A stretch of 64,000 nt of DNA from an uncultured Gammaproteobacteria bacterium (GCA_964472675.1 CAYYLO010000004.1:1602-65601); one strand, 5' to 3'; numbered from the stretch's first letter, positions 1 through 9,722 are shown. The notes: generated from the letters alone by a model not told the origin. Numbers and translations are program-made.

Positions 1-240
1 GAACTGCGAGGCAAAGGTATAAAAGACGATGTAATAGAGCGGATTTTGCAGGAGGCAGAGGCCCCATCAGAAGTTGAACTTGCGCGCAAAGTTTTAAAAA
101 AGAGATTCGGCAAAATTCCGCAAAACACACGCGATCTTAAAGAGAAAAAAAGAGTATATGATTTTTTACTAAGACGCGGCTTTTCGTATGCCGTTGTCAA
201 AGAAGCATTGACTGATAATAGTGCTGAAGAGTACAATTAG
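1..240 (+). CDS. recX: Regulatory protein RecX, C-terminal part (the 5' end lies outside the window)
   Basis: The frame is open from base 1. The translation ELRGKGIKDDVIERILQEAE...VLKKRFGKIPQ...RVYDFLLRRGFSYAVVKEAL has the repeated helical architecture typical of RecX. Confidence 0.55.
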   Translation, partial: ELRGKGIKDDVIERILQEAEAPSEVELARKVLKKRFGKIPQNTRDLKEKKRVYDFLLRRGFSYAVVKEALTDNSAEEYN

Positions 241-327
241 TAAAAGGCAAAAGGGTATGATGACCGTGTTTACAGAATTTAACTTCACGATCGTCCTCGC
301 ATCCCGTTAACCAGCGGGTTCTTCTTT

Positions 328-1509
328 TTGCTTCAAAAACCTATGTCAGACACCAGAGAAGAATATATTAAGAAATTAGAGCGCGCTTCCAATTTGACCC
401 GCGAAGAAGCAAAAAAGCAACTTTTATCAGAAATTGAAAAAGATATTGTTGCCGAAAAAGCCAGAAGAATTCGGCAAATGGAGGAGTCAATAAAACTTGA
501 GGCTCAGGAAAAATCGCGGGAAATTTTGGCAGATGCTATGCGGCATGGGGCAACAGGATATGTTGCTGAATATACAGTCTCAAGCGTCCGCCTTCCCAAT
601 GATGAAGTTAAAGGAAGGATTATTGGGCGGGAGGGAAGAAACATTCGCGCTTTTGAACAGGCAACCGGAGTGGAGATAGAACTTGACGAAACCAACGAAC
701 TTCGACTTTCTTCCTTTGACGCCATCAGGCGAGAAATTGCCAAAAGGTCTTTGGAGCAATTGGTTAAAGATGGCCGCATTCAGCCTACAAGAATTGATGA
801 GGTTGTGGCGCAAGTTCAGGCGCAAATGGAGGATGTACTACTTGAGGAAGGGAAAATTATTTGCCATACCTGTGGAGTGTATGACCTTCCTTTAGAGTTG
901 GTCAGACTTATTGGCAGGTATAAATTCAGAACTTCTTACGGACAAAATTTGGCGCTTCATACAATTGAAGAAACAAAAATTGGAGTGCAAATTGCTCATG
1001 AAATTGGGGCAAACGTAGAAATAGTCAAAAAGGGATGTCTTCTGCACGACATCGGTAAAGTTGTAACAGATGAAGAAGGAACACATGTCCAATTGGGGGT
1101 AAGTGTTTTGAAAAAATACGGACTTCTCCAGGAAGTTATCGATACTGTTGCAGAACACCATGAGGATAAACCTTTTTCTTCTGTTGAATCAGTAATTGTT
1201 TACACAGCCGATGCCATTTCTGGTTCTCGCCCGGGCGCACGGTATGAACCGATTGAGGCCTACACGTCTCGCATGGAAGGGATTGAAAAAATTGCCAGTG
1301 AATTTGGAGGCGTTGACCGTGTCTTTGCGTTCCAGGCTGGACGGGAAGTTCAGGTTATTGTTAACCCTAAAGATGTTTTAGACGACGAGCTGACAACTAT
1401 GGCATATGATATTGCGAGAAAATTAGAGAAAGAAGTTGAATACGCAGGGCAAATAAAAGTAAACGTTCTTCGCCAAACTCAGGCTTCAGAAACTACAAAG
1501 GCGAAGTAA
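328..1509 (+). CDS. rny: Ribonuclease Y. This is a short form with KH and HD domains but no N-terminal transmembrane anchor. The ORF track uses a TTG start at 328; an ATG at 343 is the alternative.
   Basis: The KH motif GRIIGREGRNIRAFEQATGVEIELDE and the HD motif LLHDIGK are both present. Length and order match the C-terminal 400 aa of RNase Y. Confidence 0.85.
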   Translation: MLQKPMSDTREEYIKKLERASNLTREEAKKQLLSEIEKDIVAEKARRIRQMEESIKLEAQEKSREILADAMRHGATGYVAEYTVSSVRLPNDEVKGRIIGREGRNIRAFEQATGVEIELDETNELRLSSFDAIRREIAKRSLEQLVKDGRIQPTRIDEVVAQVQAQMEDVLLEEGKIICHTCGVYDLPLELVRLIGRYKFRTSYGQNLALHTIEETKIGVQIAHEIGANVEIVKKGCLLHDIGKVVTDEEGTHVQLGVSVLKKYGLLQEVIDTVAEHHEDKPFSSVESVIVYTADAISGSRPGARYEPIEAYTSRMEGIEKIASEFGGVDRVFAFQAGREVQVIVNPKDVLDDELTTMAYDIARKLEKEVEYAGQIKVNVLRQTQASETTKAK

Positions 1510-1536
1510 ATTGTTGAATTGCTAAACTGCTGAAGT

Positions 1537-1565
1537 TTGACATGTGTTGAGAGTTTACCTACAAT
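1537..1565 (+). promoter_or_regulatory. Sigma70-like promoter in front of hup: TTGACA, 17-nt spacer, TACAAT
   Basis: ttgaca at 1537-1542 and tacaat at 1560-1565 are separated by an exact 17-nt spacer, ~50 nt upstream of the hup ATG. Confidence 0.45.
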
Positions 1566-1613
1566 TAGGCACAAACAATATTCACAGCACAAGCTGTTCA
1601 GAGATTTGCAATC

Positions 1614-1883
1614 ATGACTAAAAACGATTTAATCGAAGCGGTTGCCAGAAAAGCTCACCTTACCAAAAAGGCGGCTGCAGAGTCCGTGGAGACTTTTATC
1701 TCAGAAATCCAAAGGGCTTTAGTTAAAGGCGAAAAGATCGTTATTTCCGGCTTTGGAACTTTTTACGTTGACCAAAGAGCCAAAAAGAAAATGTTTTTGC
1801 GCGGCCGCGAAGAAGAAGTTCCACCCCATCGTGTTCCCCGCTTCAAGCCCGGCAAGTCTCTAAAAAGGGTTATTAAGAAATAG
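1614..1883 (+). CDS. hup: HU/IHF-family nucleoid DNA-binding protein
   Basis: The 89-aa product MTKNDLIEAVARKAHLTKK...GFGTF...RKGRNP-like arm...PRFKPGK is a classic HU fold sequence. Confidence 0.9.
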   Translation: MTKNDLIEAVARKAHLTKKAAAESVETFISEIQRALVKGEKIVISGFGTFYVDQRAKKKMFLRGREEEVPPHRVPRFKPGKSLKRVIKK

Positions 1884-2334
1884 AAGGGTATTTGACTTCG
1901 ATATATTTGATGCTCTCTGGCGAGAGTTTTAACGTGTCAACTACGTAACCTTTTACTTTTTCCACATCAAAAGGCTTGCAGGAGAAAATATCTACACATA
2001 TTTCCCGGTCTTTAGTAAACGTGTGCATTGAAATGTGGGAAAAATCGATAATGGCAAAACCAGTAACTCCGGGATTCTCCTCAACCCCTTCAATAACGAT
2101 CGGCCCGTAAAGAAGTTTCATCCCACAAAGTTGGGCAATATCGCGGATTGCTTGCTCGATTTTGTTTTTGTCCGAAATGAGGGTATTATCGCAATTGAAG
2201 GCGTCAATTATGATGTGGTAGCGGCGTTTGTTTTCTTGGATGGCAGACATTTTGAATTTTTCGAAAGCTTGCTGTAAATCAGCATATATACAACTTACAT
2301 TAATAATATTTAGGTAAAATAACACACATGTCAA
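1873..2334 (-). CDS. speH: Pyruvoyl-dependent S-adenosylmethionine decarboxylase proenzyme (SpeH/class 1 AdoMetDC-like)
   Basis: The FSHISMHTF segment aligns with the ESHIS(I)HTWPE self-cleavage site of small archaeal and Gram-positive AdoMetDC. The ~150 aa size fits. Confidence 0.65.
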   Translation of the reverse strand: MTCVLFYLNIINVSCIYADLQQAFEKFKMSAIQENKRRYHIIIDAFNCDNTLISDKNKIEQAIRDIAQLCGMKLLYGPIVIEGVEENPGVTGFAIIDFSHISMHTFTKDREICVDIFSCKPFDVEKVKGYVVDTLKLSPESIKYIEVKYPSIS

Positions 2335-3245
2335 TAGAGAACAAGAAATTACTTATAATTTGTGGCCCGACGGGGGTTGGAAAGACTTCTCTGGCGGTCA
2401 AATTAGCCAAAAAATTTGGCGGAGAAATTATCTCAGCCGATTCGCGGCAGGCGTATAGAAAGTTCAACATTGCCACTGGTAAAGATTTGTCTGAACTTAA
2501 GGGAGTGCAACTTCACTTGGTTGATGTCGCCGATCCCGACCAAATTTTTACAGTTGCCCATTATTGCCGGCTTGCTAATGCGGCAATAGCCCAGGTTTAC
2601 CAAAAAAATAAATTACCGGTTATAGTTGGAGGCACAGGGTTTTACATAAAGGCAATCGTTGATGGAATTGACACCCTGGAAATTCCACCAAACAAAGATT
2701 TAAGGGAACAATATCAACACAAGAGCGCCGAAGAACTTTTAATGATTTTAGCAAGGGTTGATCCTGAATTGGCAAATTCTTTAAATAAATCTGAGCAGTA
2801 CAATAAACAACGTTTAGTTAGAAGAATTGAGATTGCGCAAACAGGAAATACAACAAACACGCAACACAGCAGCAGGAATTACGATACCTTGTTTGTTGGA
2901 CTGACTGCGCCAAACTTTGTGTTAAGGAAAAGAATTGGTACAAGAATTGAAAACTGGATTCGTAAGGGAGCTGAAGAAGAAGTGAAGTCTTTGCTTGATC
3001 AGGGAGTTTCTTGGGAGAGTCAAGCAATGAGTGCTTTGGGCTACAAGCAATGGGAGCCATTCTTTGAAAATAAGAAAAGCCGAGAAGAGGTTGTGATTCA
3101 GTGGAAAACAGAAGAGTTCCAGTACGCAAAACGACAATTAACCTGGTTTAAAAAAGATAAAAGAGTGAATTGGTACGACACGTCGGTTCCTAGCTGGCTG
3201 AAAAAAGTGGAGAAAGATGTAGATAATTGGTATCATTGTGGGTAG
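2328..3245 (+). CDS. miaA: tRNA dimethylallyltransferase
   Basis: It carries the P-loop GPTGVGKTSLAVKLAKKFGGEIISADSRQ(A)Y, and length and motif order match MiaA. Confidence 0.9.
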   Translation: MSIENKKLLIICGPTGVGKTSLAVKLAKKFGGEIISADSRQAYRKFNIATGKDLSELKGVQLHLVDVADPDQIFTVAHYCRLANAAIAQVYQKNKLPVIVGGTGFYIKAIVDGIDTLEIPPNKDLREQYQHKSAEELLMILARVDPELANSLNKSEQYNKQRLVRRIEIAQTGNTTNTQHSSRNYDTLFVGLTAPNFVLRKRIGTRIENWIRKGAEEEVKSLLDQGVSWESQAMSALGYKQWEPFFENKKSREEVVIQWKTEEFQYAKRQLTWFKKDKRVNWYDTSVPSWLKKVEKDVDNWYHCG

Positions 3246-4256
3246 ATGCCGCGAAAGATTGAGGTTTCCCACAGGACAATTATATTCACTGTCCTATTCT
3301 TAGGGCTGATTTGGGTTGTTGTACAAGTAATACCAATCATAATAACTCTTTTTATTGCAGTGCTTTTGGCTACAGCTTTAAAACCTGTTGTAGACACGCT
3401 CAGACGTTATAAAATTCCCACAGGCATTTCAATCCTGTTGGCCTACGTTGCCCTAATTTCTCTTGTTGTTTTGAGCCTTTCGAGTGTCATTTCACCGTTG
3501 ATTGGACAAACCACTGAGCTTGCTGAACGCTTGCCTGATATTTTTAATCAATTTGGGGCATGGCTTGAAAATTTGGGGATACCTGGAGTAAACGGTAGTC
3601 TACTTGCATCACAAGCTTCTCAACTGGGAGCACTCCCCGGCAATCTTGTGCATTTTGTAATTTTTCTTTTTTCCAACCTGATTGGAGTGGTTACGGTATT
3701 AGTGGTCACATTCTATATACTTCTTGAAAGACAGAACTTAGAACAATATGTGGTAGTAGCGTTTGGAACTGATAGAGAAAGACAAGTTAAAAATTTTATA
3801 GAAAGACTTGAGACGCGATTGGGGGGTTGGGTGCGGGGAGAATTGGTTTTAATGGTAGCAGTAGGTTTACTAAGCTATATAGGATTAAGTTTGCTTGGTA
3901 TTGATTACGCTCTGCCTTTGGCTATTATTGCTGGCTTTTTAGAAATTGTGCCAAATATTGGGCCTATTATTGCGGCTATTCCGGCGATGCTTGTAGCTTT
4001 GACAATTTCACCAGTAATGAGTGTTGCAGTTGCAGCTTTATACTTTTTAATAAATCAGCTTGAAAATACTCTTCTTGTCCCCAATGTTATGAAGCGAGCA
4101 ACAGGAGTTAACCCATTGGTTACTATAATTGCTTTGGCTGTTGGCTTAAAGTTGGGGGGGACTTCTGGCGCGATATTAGCCGTGCCAATTCTTATTACAT
4201 TACAAAGTACTTTGATGGATTTAGTAGGTTTCAGTACTATCCGCAAAGAACTTTAG
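3246..4256 (+). CDS. AI-2E family transporter (PerM/UPF0118 membrane protein)
   Basis: Eight predicted TM helices and the conserved C-terminal block GFLEIVPNIGPIIAAIP typical of AI-2E transporters. Confidence 0.8.
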   Translation: MPRKIEVSHRTIIFTVLFLGLIWVVVQVIPIIITLFIAVLLATALKPVVDTLRRYKIPTGISILLAYVALISLVVLSLSSVISPLIGQTTELAERLPDIFNQFGAWLENLGIPGVNGSLLASQASQLGALPGNLVHFVIFLFSNLIGVVTVLVVTFYILLERQNLEQYVVVAFGTDRERQVKNFIERLETRLGGWVRGELVLMVAVGLLSYIGLSLLGIDYALPLAIIAGFLEIVPNIGPIIAAIPAMLVALTISPVMSVAVAALYFLINQLENTLLVPNVMKRATGVNPLVTIIALAVGLKLGGTSGAILAVPILITLQSTLMDLVGFSTIRKEL

Positions 4257-4261
4257 ATCGG

Positions 4262-4290
4262 TTGAAAATATCCTGTAATTTTGGTACAAT
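4262..4290 (+). promoter_or_regulatory. Promoter for the RNase P RNA: TTGAAA, 17-nt spacer, extended -10 TGgTACAAT
   Basis: ttgaaa at 4262-4267, a 17-nt spacer, then tggtacaat at 4282-4290. The predicted TSS falls a few nt before the start of the RNA P1 stem. Confidence 0.5.
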
Positions 4291-4302
4291 ATGCTTGTTC
4301 TT

Positions 4303-4642
4303 TAGGAATCAGGATGGCTACTCTGCCGTCGCTAAAGCTATGGCGGGGAGGAAAGTCCAGGCAGCAGGAAGCATAAGACGGAGTGCAAGCTCCGACGGGT
4401 AACCGCTAGTGGTTGACTTGCGAAAGCAGGTAAACACCGGTTCTTGAATTGACAGAACTGGAGAGTCACAGAGACGAGCAATTGCCTCACACCCCGACGG
4501 GTATGGCAAATGAGTGAAACGTGACAATCCTCTTTGCTGCAACCTCCGATAGGCACGTTATACTCGCTTTCCGGAAGTGCCGAAGATTGAGGGCGTTAGA
4601 TAGATTGCCATCGAAAAACAGAACCTGGCTTACTCATTCCTA
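4303..4642 (+). ncRNA. rnpB: RNase P RNA, bacterial type A
   Basis: Universal motifs are present: GAGGAAAGUCCaGGC in the 5' P4 strand and ACAGAACCuGGCUUA in the 3' P4 strand. The A/U changes are compensatory and keep the P4 pairing. Terminal P1 pairing is ggaat...attcc. Length is ~340 nt. Confidence 0.8.
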
Positions 4643-4653
4643 AAGAACATAAA

Positions 4654-4682
4654 GTACCGCATTTGAAAAGATGCGGTTTTTT
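4654..4682 (+). terminator. Rho-independent terminator after rnpB
   Basis: The hairpin accgcat-ttgaaaag-atgcggt is followed by a T7 run. Confidence 0.65.
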
Positions 4683-4792
4683 AGTGGTGTGATCTAGTGT
4701 GATTTTGAAAGTATTGACAACGCTTGCGAAACTTTTCACAATGACAATAGCTTGGTAAGTGAATTCAAACTAAAAAAGGAGGTGAGTATGAG

Positions 4793-5476
4793 ATGACACA
4801 ACTTCAAATATGGCAAGCCGCACTCCTGGCTTCCTGGTCGCAGGTTTCGGCAACCATCCTGTCCTTTATCCCATCCTTACTTGGCGCAATAATTGTTTTT
4901 GTTTTAGGCATGTTAGCTTCTGTTTGGGGAAAGAGATTGGTAGAAGAATTATTGCGCGCGGTTCGCCTTGAGGAAATAGCAGCACGTTCTGGTTTTACAG
5001 GTTATTTGCGACGTGCCGATATTAGGTTAACCACAACTGAGCTAGTTGGCGAGATTGTGCGTTGGATACTGCTTTTAATCTTTTTTGTGGCAGCTGTCGA
5101 TATTTTGGGTTTAAAAGTGGTTTCAGGAGTTTTAGGGCAAGTGTTAGGGTATATACCTAATGTTCTGGCGGCAGCATTAATTTTGGGAGCAGGATTTTTG
5201 ATTGCAAACCTGGTTGATGGGCTAGTTCGAGGTGCATTTGTAACTATAGACCACGAAGCAGCGAGGCTTGTGGGGAAGCTGGCCAGATGGGTGGTTTTAG
5301 TGGTTGCTTTTTTTGCAGCAGTCGGACAACTTAATTTGGCTCCTCGCCTGGTTGATACATTTTTTCAGGGGTTAACCTGGACTTTTGTTTTGGCAATCGG
5401 GCTATCTGTCGGTTTGGGGGCAAAGGACTTAGTCGCGCAAGTCTTAGGCGACTGGTACAAGAGAATCCATAAATAG
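4793..5476 (+). CDS. Conserved TM-helix-repeat membrane protein (MscS-related small membrane protein family)
   Basis: A strong SD (aaaggaggtg) lies 8 nt upstream. The product has 5-6 TM helices and repeated LxxxxGxxxVxxA(A)xG segments. Confidence 0.55.
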   Translation: MTQLQIWQAALLASWSQVSATILSFIPSLLGAIIVFVLGMLASVWGKRLVEELLRAVRLEEIAARSGFTGYLRRADIRLTTTELVGEIVRWILLLIFFVAAVDILGLKVVSGVLGQVLGYIPNVLAAALILGAGFLIANLVDGLVRGAFVTIDHEAARLVGKLARWVVLVVAFFAAVGQLNLAPRLVDTFFQGLTWTFVLAIGLSVGLGAKDLVAQVLGDWYKRIHK

Positions 5477-5535
5477 CGCTTGCCAGCGGAGTAGGAAGAA
5501 GGGATTTAAACAAGTCGTATGGTAAGCAAGTTGAG

Positions 5536-5567
5536 AATACTACACTCCTATGTAGGAGTGTAGTATA
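5536..5567. repeat. Perfect inverted repeat (14-nt arms atactacactccta / taggagtgtagtat) flanked by 9-nt direct repeats gcttgccag
   Basis: Read directly from the sequence. It sits at the left edge of the GC-elevated islet. Confidence 0.6.
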
Positions 5568-5695
5568 GCTTGCCAGTTTAGGCAGAAAATCACGCATTTA
5601 TTTGCAATATTTTCATTTTAGAAAGTTGGGCAGGCGACTACCAATGTAATAAATTCACCGATAGCGCCCGCCCGAGAGCTGTTCAGGCGAAATGC

Positions 5696-6268
5696 CTATA
5701 CTTGGCGAAAGTATGTCGCTGTTTTGTCATCAAGTGGTTGTGCCGACAGCTGCCTCTCTGGCTTGAACCCTGGAAAGGCAGTGTGTGTCAGAAACGCTCG
5801 ACAGGATTCGGAAAGGACAGGTGTTTGGATTACTTCTCCAAACAAACTTTCCTCGTCTGCATACCTGACAACCAATCTAGCCAATAGGACTCGATAGTGG
5901 CCGATTGATCGCAGAAAGTCTGCGCCTATCACTCCTCCGAAAGGAAGGGGCGTTGAGCCGTAGGCTCTCGGTAATCTATTAAAACGAAACGGCTCACCTG
6001 TAGGCCACGCAGAAACTGTCTTGGCGGATTCGGGCAAGAGATTGATTGTGCCGATTCGCTTGCCTGCCTTGTGCGCATCTAAAATATTGAACGTATCAAC
6101 CCCGAGTTCTATTTCTACCGCAACTGGCAGGAAGTTGATAAGAACTATCTTGTATTCGTCTCCAATAGGTCCTACGATGCACGTGTCCCCGTTCGGAGCG
6201 ATGTGCTCTGGCAACTCCTTTCCGTGATGTAAGACGTTTAATTCCAGTGATCGATCTGTTGATTCCAC
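5696..6268 (-). CDS. Hypothetical protein, 190 aa, encoded in a GC-elevated segment
   Basis: The ORF is long and codon usage is GC-rich compared with the neighbouring genes. I do not recognise a confident family; there is only a weak Uma2/PD-(D/E)xK-like impression. Confidence 0.45.
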   Translation of the reverse strand: MESTDRSLELNVLHHGKELPEHIAPNGDTCIVGPIGDEYKIVLINFLPVAVEIELGVDTFNILDAHKAGKRIGTINLLPESAKTVSAWPTGEPFRFNRLPRAYGSTPLPFGGVIGADFLRSIGHYRVLLARLVVRYADEESLFGEVIQTPVLSESCRAFLTHTAFPGFKPERQLSAQPLDDKTATYFRQV

Positions 6269-6596
6269 GGCTTCCTCCTGTTAAGGTTCTTTGGGATTTT
6301 TTACAATAAAAAATCCCGTCTTTGAAAACAACCTTTTTACAGTTGCCTCCAAGGACGGGACTTCTCTCCCGCGGTACCACCTTGATTGTACGTTCATATA
6401 AACTGAACGTACCTCTTGTTCCGGCTCCGTATATTTTCGACACCGGCTTTTGTATTTTACGGTTCAAATTCCGTAAAGCATTTTTGCTTTCAGCTCCCAG
6501 ATCGCGACTCTGGTAAAAACGCCTTTGCTAACTTGTTACCCATAGTATAGCAGGGATTTTTATTTTGTCAACTACTAGTATTCATAGGTAAAAATT

Positions 6597-6634
6597 GAGG
6601 CTGGGTGCGTGGGGTAAAACACCCAGCCTCGGGA
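6597..6634 (-). terminator. Rho-independent terminator downstream of the MFS gene
   Basis: On the minus strand the hairpin gaggctgggtg...cacccagcctc is followed by aattttt. Confidence 0.6.
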
Positions 6635-6648
6635 AGCTTTGAGCGAAA

Positions 6649-7965
6649 CTACTCCTCTTGGAGTGAAAAGCAGCTTAGCAAAGCATAGAACGACACTCCG
6701 ATCAGGAGAGCTCCGGACAGTCCCCACACCGCCAGTGGTGAGATATAGGTGGATAGGATTCCGGAAAGGAGCAGCCCAAGTGCTGCGCCCAGAGTTTGGA
6801 CAGAACTGCGGATTGAGTTGCACTCTGAGCGCTTTTCGGCTGTTAGGAAGCGATTGCTGTAAGTGAACAATACTGGTCCCAAGGCTCCTCGGCCAACTTC
6901 ATGAGCCAGGAAGAATCCTAGTAGAAGCCAGCTGTAGCTGAAAAGCGAGGTAAGCAGCATGGGTAGGCCGATAGTTAGCATGATAAACGCAACACTTGCC
7001 CGATCTGGAAGGAGATGATGGGAGTGGGCCAGGTCTGATCCCCACGCGGCAGCCAAAGCGATTCCAGCCCACACTACTCCCAGAAGAAACTGAGGTATCT
7101 GAGCTTCCTTCAAGACTGGCGGCCAGAACATATTAAATGGCTGGAAAGCCAGGTTTGCGAAGAAGGCAACCACGATGACGAAGCGCAAGTTCCGGCTTCT
7201 GATCATCTCTCCTGAGCTGGCTTTGAGGTTGGCAAACACAGAGGGTAGGCTCACCTTCTGGCCTGCACACGCCACATCGTCGGGGAGTTGTCGTGTTAGC
7301 CAGAAAACCAACCCTGCTGCTGCCAGAGACGAAACTCCGGCCAAAAGCCATGGCCACTGTAGTCCCCAGGTTGTGCCTACTATGCCTCCCAAGATAGCTG
7401 TGGGGATACTGGCCCAGTTGGCCCATTTCCCCGCCTTGGCCAGGGTTTTGTGAGTAACCTCCTCGTTGGTGTTGTTTAATAGCCACGAGTCCAGGGCCCC
7501 CGACTGCAGCGAATGACCCAGGGCTCCGACGAGCTCAGCCAAGGCAAAGTAGGCCATGTGTCCTCCGAAGCCATAGATGAACATGCCTGCGCCCCAACAG
7601 ACCAGACCCCAGATGTACAACTTTTTTTGTCCCCAGCGATCAGCCAGATGCCCTGTCGGAGGGTCAAGAATGAAGTTACTGGCCATGAAGACGATGTTGA
7701 GCATATTGGCATCCAGAAGCGTATATCCGAAGCTGAGGATAAACAGTACATAGGTGCTGAAAAACCAGCTTGAGGACGCTCGCTGTAAGACGGAAGCCAC
7801 GAGGAAGGCTCGGACAATTTTTTGTTCCACGATCACACTCTCCTGTTTTGTTAAGGTGCCGGCCAAAGCCAAGCCTATTTTTTTAGGCTGGTATTTAGCC
7901 GGAAAAACCTCCGAAAAAGTGGATTTGTAAAAAAAGCCTCCTTTACCGGAGGCTTGCGCGGACAA
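6649..7965 (-). CDS. MFS family transporter
   Basis: About 12 TM helices and the MFS signature D-R-x-G-x-K region (LADRWGQKK). GC content is ~52%, well above the genome background. Confidence 0.8.
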   Translation of the reverse strand: MSAQASGKGGFFYKSTFSEVFPAKYQPKKIGLALAGTLTKQESVIVEQKIVRAFLVASVLQRASSSWFFSTYVLFILSFGYTLLDANMLNIVFMASNFILDPPTGHLADRWGQKKLYIWGLVCWGAGMFIYGFGGHMAYFALAELVGALGHSLQSGALDSWLLNNTNEEVTHKTLAKAGKWANWASIPTAILGGIVGTTWGLQWPWLLAGVSSLAAAGLVFWLTRQLPDDVACAGQKVSLPSVFANLKASSGEMIRSRNLRFVIVVAFFANLAFQPFNMFWPPVLKEAQIPQFLLGVVWAGIALAAAWGSDLAHSHHLLPDRASVAFIMLTIGLPMLLTSLFSYSWLLLGFFLAHEVGRGALGPVLFTYSNRFLTAEKRSECNSIRSSVQTLGAALGLLLSGILSTYISPLAVWGLSGALLIGVSFYALLSCFSLQEE

Positions 7966-8160
7966 ATATTTAGGGGATTAAAGCACGCGAAATGCCTCCA
8001 TTTGAGGTTGGATAGGGGCGTCGACGCCCATTCCAAATTTGGAGGTAATAAGCTCTTTGTGTTTTCGACAATATTCCATACAACTGAAGCTTATCATACT
8101 ACAGGTTAATGTGTCAAGAGTGGTTTGACATGATCTTACAATATGAGCCATAGTGAGTAG

Positions 8161-9699
8161 ATGCTTGCTAAGATTTTTAGCGGGACGACGGTTGGTTTAA
8201 ATGGTGTTTTGGTCGATGTGGAAGTAGATAGCCCCTCCCAAGGCTTACCTGCCTTTACCATTGTGGGCTTGGGTGATAAAGCAGTTGACGAAGCCAAAGA
8301 ACGGGTACGGGCGGCGATTAAAAATTCGGGGGCTGACCTTCCCCCAAAAAGAATTACAGTAAATTTAGCTCCCGCAGATTTGCACAAAGAAGGCCCCGCT
8401 TTTGATTTGCCTATGGCTGTGGGGATTTTGCTTGCTTCCGAACAGTTGCCCAAGGTTGATATTTCCGAAAGTTTGTTTATTGGTGAACTTTCTCTAGACG
8501 GCTCTTTAAGACATACATCCGGGGTTTTGCCAACCGCGCTTTTGGCCAGAGAAAAGAAATTAATAAACGTCTTTTTGCCTAGAAGTAATGCCCAGGAAGC
8601 TGCCATTATTCGAGGCATAAAAGTTTATCCGGTTGAGAATTTATTAGAGCTTTTCCGCCATTTTTCAGGAGCAGAAACGATTGACGCGATTCCTGCCACA
8701 AAGTTCTCTTCTTTGGTGGGAACCGGAACAGCAGAATTTGATTTTTCAGAAGTGCAAGGACAAGAATCAGCCAAGCGCGCTTTAGAAATTGCGGCGGCTG
8801 GAGGGCACAACATTTTGATGAAAGGGATACCCGGATCAGGCAAAACAATGCTGGCACGGGCCTTTCCTGGAATATTGCCTGAACTCACAGAAGATGAGGC
8901 TCTGGAAGCAACGAAAATTTATTCTATTACCGGGAATTTGTCAGAAGGACAGTTTGTTGTCCGCACAAGACCTTTTAGAAGTCCACATCATACAATTTCC
9001 AGAAATGGTCTTATTGGAGGCGGAACCAAACCTATGCCTGGTGAGATTTCTTTAGCCCACAGAGGCGCGTTGTTTTTGGATGAATTTGCCGAATTCCCCC
9101 GCCACGTTTTGGAAGCTTTGAGACAGCCTTTGGAGGATGGCGTGGTGACGATTTCGCGTGCTGCCGGTTCTGTTTCGTACCCTGCAGAATTTGCGTTGAT
9201 TGCTGCTGTTAACCCCTGCCCTTGCGGGTACTATGGATCGGACGTTAAGCAGTGCAAATGTTTGCCCGGAGCAATTTCCCGGTATCAAAAACGCATTTCC
9301 GGCCCGATTTTGGACAGAATTGACCTGCATATTGATGTCCCTCAGGTAAAAGCCGAAAAACTACTAGCAGCCGGCGGGGTGAACGCCGAAAATTCCAAAA
9401 CTATTCAAAAAAGGGTGCAAAACGCGCGCAATATTCAGCTGAAAAGGTTTGAGGGCCAGAAAGTGAAAAATAATGCGGAAATGAGTACGAAATTAGCACG
9501 GGAGTGTTGCAAACTAACACTGGAGGAAGAGAAACTGATGCGCCAGGCTGTTGCTTCTTTGGGACTGTCGGCACGTTCCTATTATAAAGTTCTAAAAATT
9601 GCCAGGACGGTTGCTGATTTAGCAAGCAAGAAAGATATTGAATCAAACCATCTTACCGAAGCGCTTCAGTTTCGTCCCCGCGAGGAGCACTTACTATAG
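8161..9699 (+). CDS. comM: YifB/ComM family Mg-chelatase-like AAA+ ATPase
   Basis: N-terminal Lon-like substrate-binding domain, Walker A GIPGSGKTMLA, Walker B LFLDEF, and a C-terminal Mg_chelatase_C helix. Confidence 0.9.
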   Translation: MLAKIFSGTTVGLNGVLVDVEVDSPSQGLPAFTIVGLGDKAVDEAKERVRAAIKNSGADLPPKRITVNLAPADLHKEGPAFDLPMAVGILLASEQLPKVDISESLFIGELSLDGSLRHTSGVLPTALLAREKKLINVFLPRSNAQEAAIIRGIKVYPVENLLELFRHFSGAETIDAIPATKFSSLVGTGTAEFDFSEVQGQESAKRALEIAAAGGHNILMKGIPGSGKTMLARAFPGILPELTEDEALEATKIYSITGNLSEGQFVVRTRPFRSPHHTISRNGLIGGGTKPMPGEISLAHRGALFLDEFAEFPRHVLEALRQPLEDGVVTISRAAGSVSYPAEFALIAAVNPCPCGYYGSDVKQCKCLPGAISRYQKRISGPILDRIDLHIDVPQVKAEKLLAAGGVNAENSKTIQKRVQNARNIQLKRFEGQKVKNNAEMSTKLARECCKLTLEEEKLMRQAVASLGLSARSYYKVLKIARTVADLASKKDIESNHLTEALQFRPREEHLL

Positions 9700-9722
9700 T
9701 TTGGTATACTGCAAGAAATAGT

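Noticed and set aside
6285-6312. Hairpin gggatttttt-acaat-aaaaaatccc as a terminator
   Set aside because: Its orientation and partner gene are ambiguous: it lies upstream of the minus-strand 190-aa gene start and there is no convergent gene. It was kept only as part of the structured leader observation.
8136-8618. 160-aa minus-strand ORF
   Set aside because: It lies entirely inside comM, which has strong AAA+ motif support. Its translation is Ser/Ala-rich with no motifs.
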